Of a stretch of DNA of 60,712 bases, positions 50,301 to 58,196 are shown one piece after another. The first letter of the stretch is position 1, and the number at the start of each line of letters is the position of its first letter. Position numbers and translations under genes: made by a program. Source of the stretch: an uncultured Verrucomicrobiota bacterium. Its GTDB lineage: Bacteria; Verrucomicrobiota; Kiritimatiellia; RFP12; UBA1067. Below the pieces are notes generated by a model. That model did not search any database and was not told where the DNA came from. It saw only the letters and a list, made by a program, of their open reading frames with translations. The DNA lies in contig CAMORM010000002.1 of the NCBI GenBank assembly GCA_946623785.1, forward strand, positions 1 to 60,712. Direction: 5' to 3'.

Positions 50301-51499
50301 AACGTCACGCCTTGCGCGGTCTCGCCCGCCCCGGCCGGAATGGCCGACATGTCCTTGTAGAGCTGCGCGTACTTCGCCGTCTTCCCGCCGCCGCGGAACG
50401 TCGCCCCCTTGGGGCCGATGGCGACGATTGGCCCGACATTCCCGTTATTGTCCGCCTGGAAGAACTGGAAGAAGTTTTCTCCGCCCGAGGCGCTGGAATC
50501 GTTGCGAACGATGCCGCCATTGATTGAAAGCCTTGTGACGGTGGAGCCGGGAGCCTCGATGACGGTGGCGATGCCGAGGATGCCGCCGTCTGTGACGGAA
50601 GCAGTCGTTGTCGAACCGCTTGTGGACGTGATTTTGTTGGCGCGGACCTCGCCTCCGTTGGACGCGGAAATGTCCATCACCGCCCCGCTGCCATTCGCAT
50701 AGAGAGAACCCTTTGTGGCGAACAGGCCGCCGTCATGGACATTGAGCGACCAGCAGTTCCCGGCGCCCGCGTAGGTGTAGCAGTATTCGGAGTTGGTGAT
50801 CACCGCCGTCCCGGAAATGTCCGTGACGTTCGTGGCGTAGGTGGTCTGGTATCCGGCGATGATTCGGTGATTGTTCATGTTCCATGCGCCGCCGGTCATG
50901 GTGAACGTTGATTTCGTGCGGGAACCCGGGGAAAGGAAGAGGTTTTTCTCTCCCATCGTCACGGTGCCGGCGCTCATCGTGAGCGAGACGTCTTCGCCGG
51001 TTCCGCCCTGGGTTCCAAGGAAGAACTGCAGGGAGAACGTCGATGTGCCGTCGGCGATCCCGAGGGCGCCGTCGGCAAGCGTGACAGCCTCGGCGAACGT
51101 GCTGTCGCCGGTGAGCGTCCAGCCGTCGGGGGCTTCGATGTTGAAGGCTCCCGTTCCCGTGATGTCGCCGCCAAAGGTGCCGGAGCCGCGCAGGGTGCCG
51201 CCGGAGACGGTGAACGTCCCCGCGCCGACGGGCGAAGGCCCGCCCGCAGGAATGTCGCCTGTGAGGATGAGCGTGCCGCCGGAAAGCGTCGTTCCGCCGG
51301 TGTGCATGTTGGAGGGATTGAGCTTCACTGCACCGGGGCCTGAGACCTGAACCGCTGTATCGCCCGTAAAGAGCGAAAGAACATTGGTCGTTACGCCCTC
51401 GGGCGGCTCGAGTGTTACCGTATCTGCCATCGCAGACGAGTGAACCGCTGCAATTGCCGAAACCAATGCAAGAATGCGAACCCGAGTAGAGAACATCAT
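47357..51499 (-). CDS. Giant secreted autotransporter-associated beta-strand-repeat protein
   Basis: 1380 aa. AGGAGG RBS and signal peptide MMFSTRVRILALVSAIAAVHSSAMA. Many Gly-rich repeats of the GGTLxLxG type (e.g. KKGAGTLALSGANTFMGPVKVEAGTLV). Ends in GMALIIR. Confidence 0.85.
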   Translation of the reverse strand: MMFSTRVRILALVSAIAAVHSSAMADTVTLEPPEGVTTNVLSLFTGDTAVQVSGPGAVKLNPSNMHTGGTTLSGGTLILTGDIPAGGPSPVGAGTFTVSGGTLRGSGTFGGDITGTGAFNIEAPDGWTLTGDSTFAEAVTLADGALGIADGTSTFSLQFFLGTQGGTGEDVSLTMSAGTVTMGEKNLFLSPGSRTKSTFTMTGGAWNMNNHRIIAGYQTTYATNVTDISGTAVITNSEYCYTYAGAGNCWSLNVHDGGLFATKGSLYANGSGAVMDISASNGGEVRANKITSTSGSTTTASVTDGGILGIATVIEAPGSTVTRLSINGGIVRNDSSASGGENFFQFFQADNNGNVGPIVAIGPKGATFRGGGKTAKYAQLYKDMSAIPAGAGETAQGVTFDGGNWAYYTTQSYEGPTILKNGAALFMAKNGYLPNDSVVTVGSGCQLRSGSSQKTVASLTLGEGAILGFADTLCALKVTDSVTLPASAKVALYNANTPAIGTKNAAGTYTVLQVPVAYADALRAVNWSCATAASSNVYSFAVTTSGDTATLSMTIAAASSALDAAATSGGYVKVTGDLVVDTDIEVRGTLVVSRNVIGSETGGTLTIHDGGTLRVENGYIRPVSSTGSSFDLYLEEGGSIIARSIEDSQSLRDTDQTERPMFHFNGGTLYPVGLDTSTDGNRFYLNYQPATVGEHGLVIDLAKWERPKGYAWYNNNEAFEWVRASVQGHIDHDPDCADLDGGITVRGIPGDRSLVLFGGRFKGSTLNGGIRVESGATAGGTSTSLDGQTISFAPGSRFRPYDNKGTMQIGNLTLGEAGATEPVAFDGSNNKALNNVVVSGTLSVLSPVAFSVTSDWFRDSTLSSGTYTALVYQASCSVDPSLFRLPADVPESATLSAEEVTLASGDYAGYKALVVTIANDIVVTGSTSYPTPKTLSADAGYDKIVLGGAYGGEADPCVDTSLTISGNVTASGALYLGYNPAPGVDANHPHQGFLTIESGASLSVPAVYSVYRTSPVDTTQNPRYGCEVTVNGGSLDVSGDVRFGSNISKSGDKLYSQLTVNGGRVAVGGTFYLYYYNAIADQTGIPGCLVLNDGEVDVTGLLDLSRNSKVNTKGGVHYESILYHFGLYLNGGVLKAENIMMTNDQAVPKVYFNGGTFMPYGKDEANRTMQNLNVVYVSDGGAVISTENLPADATYTIAQPMLTDPALSGAADGGLVKKGAGTLALSGANTFMGPVKVEAGTLVAANAAALSGDVAVSDGAILDLGDLGETGASVARIAASGAVAGNLTVTDAIVLGDEGSVLSVDGDLAFGDRAAIDFGLAADEEAPSGWTPVAAVSGEIALPNALRIRNAGDFNRCKASVADGVLFVRPANTGMALIIR

Positions 51500-51529
51500 G
51501 ATATATCTCCTCCTGATTTCGATAATGCT

Positions 51530-51538
51530 ATTATAGCA
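51530..51538 (-). promoter_or_regulatory. Extended -10 box TGCTATAAT (minus strand) upstream of the giant repeat protein
   Basis: Reverse complement of ATTATAGCA. It overlaps the stop of the EEP-GDPD gene. A 30-nt leader carries AGGAGG. Confidence 0.45.
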
Positions 51539-53258
51539 AAATAGCTACTTCGGACGCAAGAGCGCGTGCCCACGCGAACGCATCGCGCCAGAAGTTGCTG
51601 GTGAAGCCCGTCGCGCCGAGATATGCGGCCTGCCGTAGATCGGCTGGCGAGTTGACGCCATAGACGCGAAACTCCAGTCCAGCGGAGCGCACCGCGTCAG
51701 CGTCTGCTATCGTCATCACATTTTTTGTCGTGTCGCATCCGGGACAGAACACTTCGACATTCGCCGCCTTGCACCTGTCAATCCATTCGCCGATGTTGAA
51801 CGGTTTGTCGCGCGGCAGAGCCGCGAGCCAGACTGTGCGGTACTTTGGATATTTCGCCTTGAAGTCCTTGAGCGCATCGTACTGGAACGACGAAACGACG
51901 ATATTCGCCTCGGTGAGTCCCGCCTTTCGGACTGCCGCGTCGAACAGGTCGGCATACTGCGGCGAATAACCCTTGATCTCCGCTTGCAGGACGCAATCTT
52001 TGGGGACGACAGCCAGGACCTCGTCTATGAGCGGGATTCTGTAGGGCCGGTCGAGCTTGTCCGCCGAGCCGAGGTCGAGCGTCGCGATGTCGTCGGGCGT
52101 AAGGTCGGCGACGCGCTTGGCGCAGCCTGTGTAGCGATTCAGTTCTTTATCGGCGTGCATGCACACCATCTGTCCTGACTTTGTGTGGTGGAAGTCGGTC
52201 TCGACCCAGCGCGCGCCGCTCTCGTATGCACGGCGTATCGCCTCGACGGTGTTCTGCGGGACGGATTTATCCCACATGCCGCGATGCGCGATGTCTATCA
52301 TTTTTAGCGGCGCGGTTCTTGGATGCGGCATGTCGAGCAAGAGAAAATCGACGACGACGGGCGAGTGGTCGGAAATGTGGATCGCATCTTCGTCGACAAC
52401 CACATCATGGCGCAACGCCTTTGCGCCGCGCAAATCGAAAACTATGTGGTCGAGCATGCGATGCCCCTTTTCGCCAGCCTTCCCGACACGCCCGCGGCAG
52501 CGGCCTTCCTCGTCGCGCACGAGCTTGCCGTGCTCCGACGGAATCTTCGACCGCACAGGCGCGACCTCGCCTGCGTCGGCGTATCCTGCTGCGACAAATG
52601 CTTTCAGCGCAGGCGAACCGGCCTCGCAGTTTAGATCGCCGCCGCCGATCACGGGAAGATCGCCCCATTTGGCGCGGACGGACGCGATCCGAGACAGTAC
52701 GTGCCGCGCATTCAGCTCGCGAAGTGCGTCCGATTCCACTCCGTTCGACTGCCACCAGAAATGCGTTGCGAACGCAATGAACCTGCGTCCGTCGGTCTTA
52801 TCCTCAAGCACCGCCCATGTCAGGCTCTTCTCGACCTGAAGCGAGACGTGGTAGAAGTCAAGGCCGTGGTCGAGCAGGTTCAGGCGTTCCTTTCTGTACA
52901 TCAGAGGTTCGTGGTTCACCCAGTTGGCGCGGCGTTCCGCGAGATTCGCGTCGGCGCGGACGAGTGCCGCATCCTCGTCCCCGCGAACTATACCATATTC
53001 GTCGAGTTCGCGAAAAAGGCGGCTGTTCCACCAGCCGGCGTTGACCTCCTGCCACGAAATGACGTCCGGTGCCTGGTGGCGGACGACGGAAATCGCCCGA
53101 CCTTCACGCTCTTCGGCAGAAAAGCCTCCGTAGCCGGCTCCGTAGATGTTGAATGACATGAACCGAAGCGGTTTCTGCTCCGGTGGTACGGCGATTGCCG
53201 TCAATGACGCGACAAGAACGATTATGCTCGCAACTGCACTTCTATTCATACTGAACAT
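51531..53258 (-). CDS. Secreted fusion of an endonuclease/exonuclease/phosphatase (EEP) domain and a glycerophosphodiester phosphodiesterase (GDPD) domain
   Basis: ORF trimmed to ATG 53258; ATG 53249 has better spacing to GAGG. EEP part: LRFMSFNIYG..SWQEVN..SDHSPV. GDPD part: IAHRGMWDKSVPQNTVEAI..VETDFH. Confidence 0.8.
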   Translation of the reverse strand: MFSMNRSAVASIIVLVASLTAIAVPPEQKPLRFMSFNIYGAGYGGFSAEEREGRAISVVRHQAPDVISWQEVNAGWWNSRLFRELDEYGIVRGDEDAALVRADANLAERRANWVNHEPLMYRKERLNLLDHGLDFYHVSLQVEKSLTWAVLEDKTDGRRFIAFATHFWWQSNGVESDALRELNARHVLSRIASVRAKWGDLPVIGGGDLNCEAGSPALKAFVAAGYADAGEVAPVRSKIPSEHGKLVRDEEGRCRGRVGKAGEKGHRMLDHIVFDLRGAKALRHDVVVDEDAIHISDHSPVVVDFLLLDMPHPRTAPLKMIDIAHRGMWDKSVPQNTVEAIRRAYESGARWVETDFHHTKSGQMVCMHADKELNRYTGCAKRVADLTPDDIATLDLGSADKLDRPYRIPLIDEVLAVVPKDCVLQAEIKGYSPQYADLFDAAVRKAGLTEANIVVSSFQYDALKDFKAKYPKYRTVWLAALPRDKPFNIGEWIDRCKAANVEVFCPGCDTTKNVMTIADADAVRSAGLEFRVYGVNSPADLRQAAYLGATGFTSNFWRDAFAWARALASEVAILL

Positions 53259-53275
53259 CCTCGTGTTTGCAAAAC

Positions 53276-53284
53276 ATTGTATCA
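53276..53284 (-). promoter_or_regulatory. Extended -10 box TGATACAAT (minus strand) upstream of the EEP-GDPD gene
   Basis: Reverse complement of ATTGTATCA, 17 nt before ATG 53258. Confidence 0.45.
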
Positions 53285-53335
53285 CAATCCCCCGCACACC
53301 ACAACTACAGCGGTAACCCCAGAAAACAAAGCCTT

Positions 53336-53382
53336 AGAGGGGCAGACCCTTCAGTATAAGCTTGACTGTATATGCTTGAATC
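53336..53382 (+). repeat. 47-nt direct repeat, copy a (left flank of the first tip cassette)
   Basis: Matches 55007..55053 at 36 of 47 positions by hand alignment. Shared core: GTATAAG..ACTG.ATATGCTTG. Confidence 0.6.
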
Positions 53383-53385
53383 CGT

Positions 53386-54399
53386 GTGCCGCGCGGCGAA
53401 ATTCTCGAACAGAAAACAGATGCGTACATTGATGGGATTTGGTACACTATCGCCAGAAACCAGATGACGTATAACACCACAGGCAAGCGGATAACATCCG
53501 AAAACCTCACCGGTCAGGTAACGACCACGGCGTGGAATCAATTCGCTTGCACTTCTGTTGACGAGTTGATTTCAGCCGCAAAGAACGCAAAGAGCGCAAA
53601 GCATGCCTGCGACTTCGACGACATCGGCAACCGCGAGACAGCATCCGAGCGCGGCACGAATTCGGTTTACGCGGCTAATCAGCTCAACCGGTATTGCTCG
53701 ATAACCACTTTGACTTCAGACGTCGGACTTCAGACTTCCAGTTTTCCCCCACAGTTTGATGACGATGGAAGCCAGACCCTCATCAAGACCGCGACCGGCA
53801 TCTGGCAGGTTCAGTACAACGGCGAAAACCGACCGATCCATTGGCAGTGCCAGCAATCAAACAATCAAACAATCACCAACAATTCCGAAAAGTGTCCTTG
53901 TGGAAGGGATATTGTATATTTTGAAGATTTCTGGCCGCCTGGGATGAATAGTTTTGAGAATGATGGTAGGAGTAATGTTTTTGGGACTGGTAACACAAAT
54001 TATGTGTTTAGAGGAAAAAGTGATTTTAATCCCAACAAGTTACTCAAAGATGGCGAGTGCGTCTGTCGATTGATTGTCGCGATGCATGGAGCATTCGGGA
54101 TAAGCAAGACTAGAGGTCCAGTTGCTGGCATAATTACTAAAAATGCAATCTTTCAAGAAACCAAAGAAAAGGCAGCGATATCCGAACTCTTTAAAGGGGT
54201 TACGTTTTGTGACTCGTGTGTTTTGGAATTGCGAACTTGTCATATAGGAAGAAGCGAGATACTAAAAGAAAACCTAAAAAAGGTAACAGGTGGCAAGTGC
54301 ACGATAGTGTTGCATGAACATCCTGTAATATGGAATGGAACAGAACCTTGGCTTGGAGTCTTGTCTGATCTGTTTCACGATTTTACTATTAATGACTAG
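53386..54399 (+). CDS. Chimeric ORF: RHS/YD-repeat-derived fragment joined to an AT-rich C-terminal domain (candidate polymorphic-toxin tip)
   Basis: YD-type strings DFDDIGNR, AANQLNRY, FDDDGSQTLIKTATGIWQVQYNGENRP. GC content then drops sharply after a CAATCAAA micro-array. The C-terminal part has His-Gly (IVAMHGAFG) followed by Cys (LRTCHIG). No signal peptide and no long RHS core. In-frame ATG 53464 is an alternative start. Confidence 0.55.
   Translation: MPRGEILEQKTDAYIDGIWYTIARNQMTYNTTGKRITSENLTGQVTTTAWNQFACTSVDELISAAKNAKSAKHACDFDDIGNRETASERGTNSVYAANQLNRYCSITTLTSDVGLQTSSFPPQFDDDGSQTLIKTATGIWQVQYNGENRPIHWQCQQSNNQTITNNSEKCPCGRDIVYFEDFWPPGMNSFENDGRSNVFGTGNTNYVFRGKSDFNPNKLLKDGECVCRLIVAMHGAFGISKTRGPVAGIITKNAIFQETKEKAAISELFKGVTFCDSCVLELRTCHIGRSEILKENLKKVTGGKCTIVLHEHPVIWNGTEPWLGVLSDLFHDFTIND
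53854..53886 (+). repeat. 8-nt phased micro-array CAATCAAA CAATCAAA CAATCACC (AA)CAATTCC at the RHS/tip junction
   Basis: Lies inside ORF 53386..54399 and encodes QSNNQTITNN. The GC content of the ORF falls immediately after it. Confidence 0.8.
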
Positions 54400-54411
54400 G
54401 AGAAGATAGCG

Positions 54412-54966
54412 ATGCGACATTTGTTGAAGAAATGCATTGTGCTACTTTGCGCTGTTGAGGCTGCTATCTTGGTGGAGATTGGCATTGAATCGCTTGTTGG
54501 TGCATACCGTGATGGTATTGCCTTTCACGAGCTGGCAAGAGACAGAGACGCTTTTTGCAGCGGCGTTTATCGCCTTAATGGCGGGGAATTCATATGGATC
54601 AAGGTGAAAAGATCTTTCCATCTGATCAGTTTCATTTTTAACTTGCCTGATGATGATTGCTATATTGTGGACGGGAAGGGGAGTGCCGTTAAGCGCGTTA
54701 GTACGAGGATACGTCTAAAAGGGCAAGGAGATCGTCTGTTTCCATGGGAGGATAGTATCTCGGAAGACGGTTTTTGCAGCGGCATCTACTCTATTCGTGA
54801 TTTTGCCAATATATCGGTTTTTCGTCGGAACAATGGGTATCAGCAAAAGTTTCTTTGTGTAGGAACGGCGCTCAATATACTTGCTTGTCTTACAGGCTTT
54901 GTTCTTCTTTGGCGAAAGGGCAATCGTTTAACAGGGTCAGATTCGAATGCCGCTAACTTAAGGTGA
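54412..54966 (+). CDS. Hypothetical membrane protein coupled to the chimeric ORF (candidate immunity protein)
   Basis: The upstream stop is embedded in the RBS (TAGGAG), 9 nt before the ATG. N- and C-terminal TM helices. Internal repeat AFCSGVYRL / GFCSGIYSI. AT-rich like the tip. Confidence 0.5.
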   Translation: MRHLLKKCIVLLCAVEAAILVEIGIESLVGAYRDGIAFHELARDRDAFCSGVYRLNGGEFIWIKVKRSFHLISFIFNLPDDDCYIVDGKGSAVKRVSTRIRLKGQGDRLFPWEDSISEDGFCSGIYSIRDFANISVFRRNNGYQQKFLCVGTALNILACLTGFVLLWRKGNRLTGSDSNAANLR

Positions 54967-55006
54967 TTTCGTCAGTCTCCGGCAAGACGACTCGTGATAT
55001 CGTCCG

Positions 55007-55053
55007 AGAGGATCTGACACTTCTGTATAAGTTCCACTGCATATGCTTGGTTC
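55007..55053 (+). repeat. 47-nt direct repeat, copy b (right flank of the first tip cassette)
   Basis: See 53336..53382. Lies 40 nt after the stop of the membrane ORF. Confidence 0.6.
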
Positions 55054-55120
55054 TAAGAAATTGTTTAGCGTTAAAAAGGGTCTGTACGCCATTTTCGTTG
55101 TTAGAAGCTCATAAGGCGCG

Positions 55121-55155
55121 ACCCTGCAACTTGCAGGGTTCTCGGTATTTGTTTC
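55121..55155 (+). terminator. Hairpin with a T-rich tail after the first tip/membrane-ORF pair
   Basis: ACCCTGCA act TGCAGGGT, followed by TCTCGGTATTTGTTTCTTC. Confidence 0.5.
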
Positions 55156-55220
55156 TTCTGCCTCGGGGAGAGAAACCTGACCCGGACATTATAGTTAACC
55201 AGGTGAAGTCGTTTGCGAAG

Positions 55221-56273
55221 ATGAAAAAATTGGTGATAATGACTGCCGGCGGAGTTGCTCTGCTGGTTGCGGCTGCGGTCGTGGTTGCGGCGCGGAATCG
55301 CCGACGGCCATTGCCGCCGCCTGATGCGCATGTGGCCTCTATTCCCCGTGCGGTGCAAGTCAAGGCGGTTGAAGGGAAGGTCGAGGCAAGTACACCGTTT
55401 GACGCCGCCGAAGTATCGTCTGCCGTCGCCGTCGTCTGTGGCGAGGATCCTGCAACGGCCGACCACTACGAGGCGAGAAACGACGCGCTGCGGTCGATTG
55501 CGCGGAGGCGGGACTTGCCGAAGGAGGATGTCGCGGTGCTGATGGCGTATCTCGCCTCCACCAATGACGTTTTGCGCGTAGAGCGAATGGCCGCGCTCAA
55601 GAACGACGTCATGAATCTCCTGCGCAACCAGAAGCCACAGGTGGAAGGGCTGGCGGAGACGTTAGTTGCGATGATAGAGGGAAGACCCGTTGCAGGGTTT
55701 GGTCGGTCAGGTAGGGCTGGCGTTCCACCGCCAGCCGCGGACGGCGATGGAACGCCGTCCCTACCGGGTAACACCATACATCCGCCAGTCGTGCTCGATT
55801 ACTGCATCCAGCACCTTGGTGCGATGCAGGGCGAGCTGGGCGACTCGGCGCGCAAGGTCGTTCGCGGGGTGTTCGTCAAGGCGGCGCGTGAGAAGACTAA
55901 GCCATACGCCGGGACCGCGCTTTATTCGTTTGCGGAGGACAAGCGCGCCACCGCTGCGCAGGCATGGGAGCTGAAGCGGCTGACGCTTGCGCTCTGCAGG
56001 CCCGGCGTCAACAACGTGGCGCGCATCGCGGCGATCCAGCTCGCGGGACAGCGCGGCTACTCCGAGGCGCTGTCGGCCTTGCGCGACACGCTTTCAGGTG
56101 AAAAGCGCGACGCCGTTCTCGACACGGTCTGCATCGGCTCCATCGGGCTTCTCGGCGACGCGAATGACATCGCGCTTATAGAGCGCTTCGCTGGCGACGC
56201 TCGGCACTCGTCCGCGGTAGATGCGGCGATCAAGCGGTTAAAGGGACGGTCGGGTGCAGACAGTGGGATATGA
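55221..56273 (+). CDS. N-terminally anchored HEAT/ARM-like repeat protein
   Basis: Track ORF 54963..56273 trimmed to ATG 55221 (MKKLVIMTAGGVALLVAAAVVVAA); the upstream part contains a terminator hairpin. Helical repeats such as ARIAAIQLAGQRGYSEALSALRDTL. GC-rich. Confidence 0.6.
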   Translation: MKKLVIMTAGGVALLVAAAVVVAARNRRRPLPPPDAHVASIPRAVQVKAVEGKVEASTPFDAAEVSSAVAVVCGEDPATADHYEARNDALRSIARRRDLPKEDVAVLMAYLASTNDVLRVERMAALKNDVMNLLRNQKPQVEGLAETLVAMIEGRPVAGFGRSGRAGVPPPAADGDGTPSLPGNTIHPPVVLDYCIQHLGAMQGELGDSARKVVRGVFVKAAREKTKPYAGTALYSFAEDKRATAAQAWELKRLTLALCRPGVNNVARIAAIQLAGQRGYSEALSALRDTLSGEKRDAVLDTVCIGSIGLLGDANDIALIERFAGDARHSSAVDAAIKRLKGRSGADSGI

Positions 56274-56310
56274 AGCTTTCGCAACTGTCGATGCCTGATT
56301 TCAAATGGAT

Positions 56311-56390
56311 TGTGGCGTGGCTCGTGGTTTGTGGGAATTGGGAATTGGCAACATTGCGATTGGCAACACTTTCACATTGGCAACATTCAG
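56311..56390 (+). repeat. Composite micro-repeat block: GTGG-array, GGGAATTGGGAATTGG, then three ATTGGCAACA repeats
   Basis: ATTGGCAAC occurs at 56344, 56359 and 56376. The block is related to 58211..58257 and, in inverted orientation, to 60150..60320. Confidence 0.75.
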
Positions 56391-56398
56391 TGAGGATG

Positions 56399-56522
56399 CT
56401 TGCGCCTGCGGCGCAGACGACTGGGGGCGACTTTGGGCTTGCGGCTCGGACGGTAGGTATTAGCCTCGGCCTCGGACTTGTCGCCTGGCGGCGACGGGCC
56501 GAGTCTAAGCGCCTATCCTCCC
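56399..56522 (+). repeat. ~124-nt direct repeat R1, copy a
   Basis: Differs from 58258..58379 by 6 substitutions and 2 single-nt indels (hand alignment). The last 50 nt are identical. Contains the hairpin GTCGCC tggc GGCGAC and ends in CCTATCCTCCC. Confidence 0.85.
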
Positions 56523-56606
56523 GACCTTGCCGCAAGCCAAGGTGCTTTTGGCGCGAACAGCGCGAAAGGCTGTGAGCGGAAGAGTGGCGGGCTGATGGGG
56601 GATTCT

Positions 56607-56738
56607 GGAAACAACATGGACAACGCAAGGACAACTTCTAATCGGTTGCGCGCCAACCGGCGCGCGCACTTGTTCCGTTGCCGCGGGCGGGTTCGCCCGC
56701 GGAGTCTGGGGTTGTCCAAGGTTGTCGAGGTTGTTTCC
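56607..56738 (+). repeat. Long imperfect inverted repeat (GGACAAC-array arms) enclosing two perfect hairpins
   Basis: Arms: GGAAACAACATGGACAACGCAAGGACAAC (56607..56635) and GTTGTCCAAGGTTGTCGAGGTTGTTTCC (56711..56738). Inner stems: CGGTTG/CAACCG (56643..56659) and CCGCGGGCG ggtt CGCCCGCGG (56681..56702). Confidence 0.7.
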
Positions 56739-56848
56739 ATATGCAGAGGGGGCTGTCCCTTTGGGCCAATTGGCATGTGAAGCAATCCTAATTAGCCTGG
56801 AATTGGTTGCAAATCCGGCCAATATGGTTGACGTACGTTGGGAGATTA

Positions 56849-56857
56849 TGCTACAAT
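56849..56857 (+). promoter_or_regulatory. Extended -10 box TGCTACAAT upstream of the AAA ATPase
   Basis: 24-nt leader containing GGAG before ATG 56882. Confidence 0.45.
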
Positions 56858-56881
56858 TCCCCTGTCTGGAGAAGAAAAGCC

Positions 56882-58177
56882 ATGAAAAGCGCCTTGAAAG
56901 AAGTCATGTCCCAGTTCTATGCGGACGGGATTCCGTCCGATGCGGTTGCGCGCTCTGGAAGTTTTCCGGAGGTTCGCAACAATGCGACTGTCGTCAAGGG
57001 GATGCGCAGGACGGGAAAGACGTATTTCACCTATCTGCGCATGCGCGAGCTGCTTGCCAAGGGCGTTCCAGTTGAGCGCATGGTGCATATAAACTTCGAC
57101 GACGACCGGCTGGCGACAATTACGGCTGCCGACCTGCATTGGGTGGTGGACCTGCATGCGGAGATGTTTCCAGATGCAGCCGACGAAAGATGCTATTACT
57201 TTCTTGACGAGCTTCAGGACGTCAAGGGCTGGGAGCGCTTTGCCAGAAGGCTAATAGACTCGCACCGCGTGCAACTTTGCCTGACGGGCTCTTCGTCGAA
57301 GATGCTTTCGGAGGATGTCGCGACCGAAATGCGCGGACGTTCCGCCGAAGTCGAGATATTCCCGCTGTCGTTTTCCGAGTTCCTCACGTACAACGGGATA
57401 TTCCCCGCTCCGCCAGCCTTGCCGGACGCGCCGCGGACGCGTGGCAGGCTCAAGAAGGCGCTTTCCGACTACATGGCTGTCGGCGGATTTCCGGATGTGC
57501 AGGGCCTGGACGCGACAGGTCGCATAATGATGCTTCAGGAATATGCGAATGCCGTAGTGTACCGAGACATCATAGAGCGACACGAAATCCCGAGCGTCCA
57601 GTCCTTGAAATACGTCCTTCAGTACCTGCTGCACAATTTCGGGAGAAAGGTGTCGGTGCGCGCCATCGCCGGCGTGCTCAGGCAGCTGGCGCTTCCATGC
57701 GACAGGGTGTCGCTTGGCAATTACCTTTCCTACTTCTCGGACTCCTATTTTGCCTATCCCGTTCCGCTGAGGACCGATTCACTTGCCGTGCGCAGGACTA
57801 ATCCTGACAAGTACTATCTTGTGGACACCGGCATGATCGGCGCAATGAAGGCGAAGAACGACGCGGAGAGGGGGTTTCTCCTCGAGAATGCGGTTTTCAT
57901 GGCGTTGCGGCGCGGATTCAACAAGATCGAATACTACAATACGAAGAAGGGCGAGGAGGTCGATTTCTTCGTGACGGACAAGGCGTCCGGCAAGGCGAGG
58001 CTTGTGCAGGTCTCGTACGAGATGGCGGACGAGAAGACGCGAGAACGAGAGTTCGCCGCCTTGCTTGCCGCCAGAAGGGAAACGGGAATAGACGATTGCA
58101 CGATTGTCACATGGGACGAGGAAGGCGAGGAAGGCGGCGTTCGCATTGTTCCGGCGTGGAAATGGCTGTTGCCGTGA
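56882..58177 (+). CDS. AAA_14 / DUF4143-type ATPase
   Basis: ORF trimmed to ATG 56882. Walker A GMRRTGKT and Walker B YYFLDELQ. C-terminal DUF4143-like part with a nuclease-like tail (YYLVDTG..EVDFFV). Confidence 0.85.
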   Translation: MKSALKEVMSQFYADGIPSDAVARSGSFPEVRNNATVVKGMRRTGKTYFTYLRMRELLAKGVPVERMVHINFDDDRLATITAADLHWVVDLHAEMFPDAADERCYYFLDELQDVKGWERFARRLIDSHRVQLCLTGSSSKMLSEDVATEMRGRSAEVEIFPLSFSEFLTYNGIFPAPPALPDAPRTRGRLKKALSDYMAVGGFPDVQGLDATGRIMMLQEYANAVVYRDIIERHEIPSVQSLKYVLQYLLHNFGRKVSVRAIAGVLRQLALPCDRVSLGNYLSYFSDSYFAYPVPLRTDSLAVRRTNPDKYYLVDTGMIGAMKAKNDAERGFLLENAVFMALRRGFNKIEYYNTKKGEEVDFFVTDKASGKARLVQVSYEMADEKTREREFAALLAARRETGIDDCTIVTWDEEGEEGGVRIVPAWKWLLP

Positions 58178-58196
58178 TTCCATATTGGGCTTGCGG

